The notes beneath the pieces were generated by a model that ran no database searches, was not told the origin of the DNA, and worked only from the letters and a program-made list of their open reading frames with translations. Positions 60,109 through 64,000 of a stretch of DNA of 64,000 bases are shown here, piece after piece. The stretch spans positions 4,762-68,761 of the forward strand of contig CBESOE010000005.1 of the NCBI GenBank assembly GCA_965531145.1, written 5' to 3'. Source of the DNA: an uncultured bacterium (GTDB taxonomy: Bacteria > Acidobacteriota > JAQAZP01). A program made the translations under genes and the position numbers. Position 1 is the stretch's first letter. Every line of letters starts with the position of its first letter.

Positions 60109-61326
60109 TCACAAAACCCCATCGAACACGTCGATCAGGCGGTGAATCTCTTCCAGGCTGTTGTAGTGCACCAGGCTCACCCGCACCACGCCGTCCTCGG
60201 GGTCCAGCCCCAGGGCCCGGCAGAGCCGGTGAGCGTACATGTGCCCGTTGCGGATGCCGATGTTCTGCCGGTGGGCCGCCTCGGCGATTTGTTGCGAGGG
60301 CAGGTCATGGTGGAGAAAGCTCACCGTGCCCACCCGTGAACGGCCGGCTGTTTCCGGGCCCACCACCCGCACCCGCGGGTGCCCCAGCAGGTAGTCCAGC
60401 AGGCACTGCTGCAGCGGCAGTTCCCAGCGGGTCATCAGTTCGAAAGCCTCGGTGACGGTGGCCCGGTCCACCTCTTCCCGACCGGCGAGAAACGCCAGAT
60501 ACTCCCCCAGGGCCAGCAGCCCGGCGCAGCCCTCGTGGATTGCCCCGCCCAGCTCGAACTTGTAGGGGACCTCGTCGTCGGGGATGAAGTAGTGGTTCGG
60601 CCCGGTCAACTCGGCAAAGGCCTCCTCCTTGCCATAGAGCGCGGCCATGTGCGGGCCGTAGACCTTGTAGGTCGAGTAGACATACCAGTCCACGTCCCAG
60701 GCCTCCACGTCCATGGCACGGTGAGGAGCATAGGCCACACCGTCCACCACCACCCGCGCCCCCGCCCCGTGGGCCAGCCGGACGATACCCTCGAGGTCGA
60801 CGATGTCGCCCAGCAGGTTGGAGACATGGGGGAAAGCGACGATCCTCGTGCGCGGGGTGAGCAAGCGGGCCAGGTCGTCGAGGGGGCAGACACCGGTGGT
60901 CGGATCAACCCTCCAGATCTTCACCGTCATCCCCCGGCCGGCCAGGGAGGCCCAGGGCCCGGCATTGGCTTCGTGGGCGGTCTCGGCGATGACCACCTCG
61001 TCACCCGGGGAGAGGATACCGGCGTAACAGTCGGCCAGCATGCGGCAGAGCACCGAGCAGGAGGAGGCCAGGGCCACCGTCCCCGTTCGTGTACCGTTCA
61101 TCAGCAAATTGATGAACTCGTGCGCCCGGTACACCGTGTCGGTGGCCTGCTGCGAGAGCGCATACCCGGCCTCCAGCTGAACGTAGGAGTTCAGCATGTA
61201 CTCGTGCATCCGGTCGGCCACCACCCGGGGGACCTGGGAACCGCCGGCATTCTCCAGAAAGACGGTGGCCGAGGCCAGGGCCGGAAACTGGCGGCGAATC
61301 AACTGCTTGTCAGGGTGATGATCCAT
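60109..61326 (-). CDS. aminotransferase class V / cysteine-desulfurase-like PLP enzyme
   Basis: 405 aa. Typical blocks: FLENAGGSQVP, AHEANAGPW, HVSNLLGDI, YSTYKVYGPH and RVSLVHYNSLEEI. Confidence 0.85.
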   Translation of the reverse strand: MDHHPDKQLIRRQFPALASATVFLENAGGSQVPRVVADRMHEYMLNSYVQLEAGYALSQQATDTVYRAHEFINLLMNGTRTGTVALASSCSVLCRMLADCYAGILSPGDEVVIAETAHEANAGPWASLAGRGMTVKIWRVDPTTGVCPLDDLARLLTPRTRIVAFPHVSNLLGDIVDLEGIVRLAHGAGARVVVDGVAYAPHRAMDVEAWDVDWYVYSTYKVYGPHMAALYGKEEAFAELTGPNHYFIPDDEVPYKFELGGAIHEGCAGLLALGEYLAFLAGREEVDRATVTEAFELMTRWELPLQQCLLDYLLGHPRVRVVGPETAGRSRVGTVSFLHHDLPSQQIAEAAHRQNIGIRNGHMYAHRLCRALGLDPEDGVVRVSLVHYNSLEEIHRLIDVFDGVL

Positions 61327-61382
61327 GGTTCTGCTGCCTCCCGGCGCAGGATATCACCACACCCGGGGAGAAACCAAACCGG

Positions 61383-62813
61383 TCAGCGCTGCCTGCGGAA
61401 AACGACCTGGCCGTAACTCTCCTCGATGCCGCAGAGGTGCAAGGTCATGGTCTCCCCTTCCAGAGCACCCCTGGCCTCCATGATCGACCCGCTGGCGGTG
61501 CGGAAGGTGAAGGAAAGCCGGTCACCCACCATGTTCAGGTGCTGGAGCGGTGCCCGGTCCACGCTCCCCGACGAGTTGGAGATCTCGCCCGAAACGGCAT
61601 CCTGTTGCACCCGCAGAACCACCCGACCATCCAGCGCTCCCTCCGAATCCCCGGGGATGGTTTCCCAGACACCGGCGAACCGCTGGCGGTCCGTAGACAA
61701 CGCCCGGTGCCAGTGCTCGGTGAAGCGGGTGACAAACTCCTCCACGGTCAGGCCGCCGGAGGTGAAGAAGGCATCGGGAAGCTCGGGGATCCGGGTCAGG
61801 GACTCAAGGAACTCGCGCATTTCCCGGTCGGTGTAGGGATGCAGGCGATACCGCACGTCACCGCCCTGCTGCTGGTCGATATTGAGAACCAGTACCGGGT
61901 CCGTACTGGAGAAATCGATATCGTTCAGGGAGAGCCGCTTCAGTGCCGGATTTACCCTGGTTTTGAAATAGATCCCGCGGCCCCGCACGTCGCAGAGGAC
62001 CGACCACTCGGGCACGTCGAAGACCGTCAGGTTCTCCAGCATCTGCAGGCCGTAGGCCACGGCATCCTGGGTCGGGTCGAAGTCCCGGACCATCACCGCC
62101 GTCTTGACGAACCGCGGCACCGCACTGTCGTCCAGCACCGGCTCGTAGCTGCCGCCAAAACCGTCGAAGTATTTGAGCAACTCCATTTCCCGGTCGTAGG
62201 GTGTATTGAACAAACCGGGGACCGGCATGGATTCTCCCCGGTTGACCACCACTTCCCCGCCGACAAAGGCCAGGGCGGCGCAGTTTCCGGCGGCATCACC
62301 CACAAAGTAGTGCCAGGGCCAGCCGTCGATCTCCGTCTCTGCGGCGCTCTCCAGCACATCATCCACTGAGGAGCAATTGTCGAGGACGAACTGCATCCAG
62401 TTCATGTGCATCAACCGGGGGAACTCATCGTTCTTCGGGTATTCCCCTTCCTCGTTCATCTCCCAGATGAACAGCCCGGCCTCGTTGATCCCGCCATCGG
62501 GGAAATCCCGACCAAAGCAGTTGACGGTCACCGAACCGTAGCGGGAAATCCAGTCCAGCGATGACGGGTTGGCGCCGTCCTTGTTGATCAGCTCACTCCA
62601 GGTGCGCCCGGTCTTGAACACCCCCCGCTTGTTGATGAAGAGCATGCCGGGCACCCCGATGTCCCCTTCGTTGAGGTTGTGACCGAAGACCAGGGTCTCC
62701 CCCTTGTGCAGCATGAAGCTGGAACAGGCCCATGACGGCTCGGTGGCGGAGAGCAGCAGGATCAGGGACAAAACAAGGGCAGCGACCAGCATCGGGTATC
62801 TGTGGTTCATCAA
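61383..62813 (-). CDS. secreted Ntn-hydrolase (choloylglycine hydrolase / linear amide C-N hydrolase, C59-like) with extra C-terminal domain
   Basis: 476 aa. The signal peptide ends ...TEPSWA|CSSFML, putting the nucleophile Cys at the mature N-terminus. NEAGLFIWEMN follows. Confidence 0.82.
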   Translation of the reverse strand: MMNHRYPMLVAALVLSLILLLSATEPSWACSSFMLHKGETLVFGHNLNEGDIGVPGMLFINKRGVFKTGRTWSELINKDGANPSSLDWISRYGSVTVNCFGRDFPDGGINEAGLFIWEMNEEGEYPKNDEFPRLMHMNWMQFVLDNCSSVDDVLESAAETEIDGWPWHYFVGDAAGNCAALAFVGGEVVVNRGESMPVPGLFNTPYDREMELLKYFDGFGGSYEPVLDDSAVPRFVKTAVMVRDFDPTQDAVAYGLQMLENLTVFDVPEWSVLCDVRGRGIYFKTRVNPALKRLSLNDIDFSSTDPVLVLNIDQQQGGDVRYRLHPYTDREMREFLESLTRIPELPDAFFTSGGLTVEEFVTRFTEHWHRALSTDRQRFAGVWETIPGDSEGALDGRVVLRVQQDAVSGEISNSSGSVDRAPLQHLNMVGDRLSFTFRTASGSIMEARGALEGETMTLHLCGIEESYGQVVFRRQR

Positions 62814-63104
62814 AGATTCCTCCGTATTGTGAAACCACCTCTAGTAACGAACGGGTGGACCGAAAAGTTTCGCAGCGACCCGCCACCGGGCGGACCGATC
62901 CCACTGCATGAGAACCCGTCACAATAGTGCCGGGTCGGCTGGAACAGGCAAAATTCTGAAAATAAATGAGCGATTTCTTAATATAATTATCATCACTCTC
63001 CGTGAATTCCCATCATTTCAACCACCCCCATTTAATTTTGGCGTCGTGATGCCGATACCAAGGTGAATCCTGGCGGTACCGTACCGGCGGGCAAGGGGGT
63101 GTGC

Positions 63105-64000
63105 GTGAGCGAATTACTGTTCAACCTGCGATCCACCGACATCCTGCGGGGATGCGTGCGGCTGCTGCGGAACCTCGTGGGGGCGGAAGCTGTGTCGCTC
63201 TATCTGCCCGCATCACCCGAAGATCTGAACGAACCGATCCTGCTCCATGAAGGGGATGACGACCCGGTGGCCGAGCTGGCCGACCCGGGCGCGGCGGCGG
63301 AGTTCTGCTCCAGGTTTGGCGTCGGGGATGGGCAGGAAGACACGGAGCATCATCACCAGGTTTTTCGCCGGGTCAGCAGTTCGTCCACCGGCGGCCTGCT
63401 GATCCGGGTCAGCCCTCCCCTGTCCGTACTTCAGCCAGGCACCCCGGGCGAGCCGCGGCCATCGCGGCGCGCCGGCGATCTCACCGATGGGCCACCCACC
63501 CTGCCGGGAATCTGGATCGGTCTCCGCGGAGCGGACAACGGCCGGCTGAGGCTGCCCGCATCGCTGCGAGACCTGGCCAGTTCCCCCGAGCTGGGCCAGT
63601 GGTGGGACTGGCTGATCAGCCTCGGTGCGGCACTGGCCCTGCACGCCCGCCAGGTCTCTTCGGTGATCGATGATCCGGTGAGCGGACTGCCCGGCCGGGG
63701 ACAGTTCGAGACCCGCCTGACCAGGACCGTTGAACAGGGTGGAAAACTGAATCGGTCCTTCACCCTGATCCTGGTCAACCCCGACGACTTCGAGGTGGTG
63801 AACGAACACTTTGGCCGGGAAGCAGGCGACATGGTGGTTCGCGAGATCGCCAACCGACTGGTATCCCTGGTCCGCTCCACCGACGTGGTGCACCGCTACG
63901 GCGGAGCGATCTTTACCATCCTGCTCCCCGACTCCGGTCTCGAGGACGGTGTCCTGGTGGCCGAAAAGATCCGCTCGGGCCTGGCCGAGGGCGCCTACCT
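63105..64000 (+). CDS. GAF-like + GGDEF-domain protein with degenerate active site, 3'-partial
   Basis: Absent from the ORF track because it runs off the right edge. Hand translation from GTG 63105 (AAGGGGG upstream) gives VSELLFNLRSTDILRGCVRLLRNLVGAEAVSLYLP ... DDPVSGLPGRGQFETRL...FTLILVNPDDFEVVNEHFGREAGDMVVREIANRL...VVHRYGGAIFTILLP. GGAIF occupies the position of GG(D/E)EF. Confidence 0.8.
   Translation, partial: MSELLFNLRSTDILRGCVRLLRNLVGAEAVSLYLPASPEDLNEPILLHEGDDDPVAELADPGAAAEFCSRFGVGDGQEDTEHHHQVFRRVSSSSTGGLLIRVSPPLSVLQPGTPGEPRPSRRAGDLTDGPPTLPGIWIGLRGADNGRLRLPASLRDLASSPELGQWWDWLISLGAALALHARQVSSVIDDPVSGLPGRGQFETRLTRTVEQGGKLNRSFTLILVNPDDFEVVNEHFGREAGDMVVREIANRLVSLVRSTDVVHRYGGAIFTILLPDSGLEDGVLVAEKIRSGLAEGAY

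Noticed and set aside
60103-60109. Only 5 nt between the convergent stops of the SpoIIE-phosphatase gene and the aminotransferase gene, with no terminator hairpin
   Set aside because: Tight convergent gene ends are common in compact genomes. I found nothing structured there to report.
1-64000. Search for tRNA/rRNA, CRISPR arrays, transposases, integrases, toxin-antitoxin or known defence genes
   Set aside because: I saw no T-loop-like GGTTCGAAT motifs in intergenic DNA, no short direct-repeat arrays and no DDE, tyrosine- or serine-recombinase-like ORFs. This visual scan is not exhaustive; tRNAscan-SE, Infernal, ISEScan and DefenseFinder would settle it.

Overview
GC-rich (roughly 60-65% by eye, not computed), densely coding chromosomal segment of a Gram-negative-type bacterium. 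It holds about 45 CDS, two of which run off the window edges. I found no rRNA, tRNA, CRISPR array, transposase, integrase or phage genes. Most long ORFs antisense to the calls below are high-GC shadow ORFs.

Gene content, left to right:
1. 2-7316, minus strand: a PAS/sigma-54 enhancer-binding protein, followed by a well-spaced sigma-54 promoter. The promoter drives an ABM-like gene, two paralogous outer-membrane proteins, a Cys-type sulfatase and a porin-like gene. A further MetA/phenol-type beta-barrel lies upstream.
2. 7685-13784: two divergent giant secreted proteins separated by 1.07 kb of AT-richer non-coding DNA.
3. 13881-20518: an outer-membrane barrel, an AMP-ligase, a BNR/sortilin-like protein, and a Mn-type SOD translationally coupled to an atypical rhodanese.
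4. 20647-26321: a redox module with 35 CxxCH motifs. It comprises a tetraheme c3-like cytochrome, a 20-heme cytochrome c / cytochrome b fusion, and a convergent 11-heme paralog (CbcL-like architecture).
5. 26771-54241: an island of secreted proteins interrupted by housekeeping genes (FabK/NMO-like, Fe-S protein, ParA-like, mutY).
6. 54321-64000: LemA-DUF2207, a 14-blade Reg_prop/SpoIIE phosphatase, an aminotransferase class V, an Ntn hydrolase and a partial GAF-GGDEF protein.

Most interesting signals:
- Two recurrent C-terminal modules are grafted onto unrelated secreted heads. One is a ~335-aa propeller-like module with five DxDxDG loops (4 complete copies plus 1 fragment). The other is a ~115-aa 'DVTPAP-NQ-P-P-SGDTD' domain (4 copies in 3 proteins). 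I cannot assign either to a described sorting or anchoring system.
- Fragments of one member of each family abut head-to-head at about 33,080. This indicates a rearrangement or an assembly chimera.

All family names are inferred from motifs read by eye. No database search was run.
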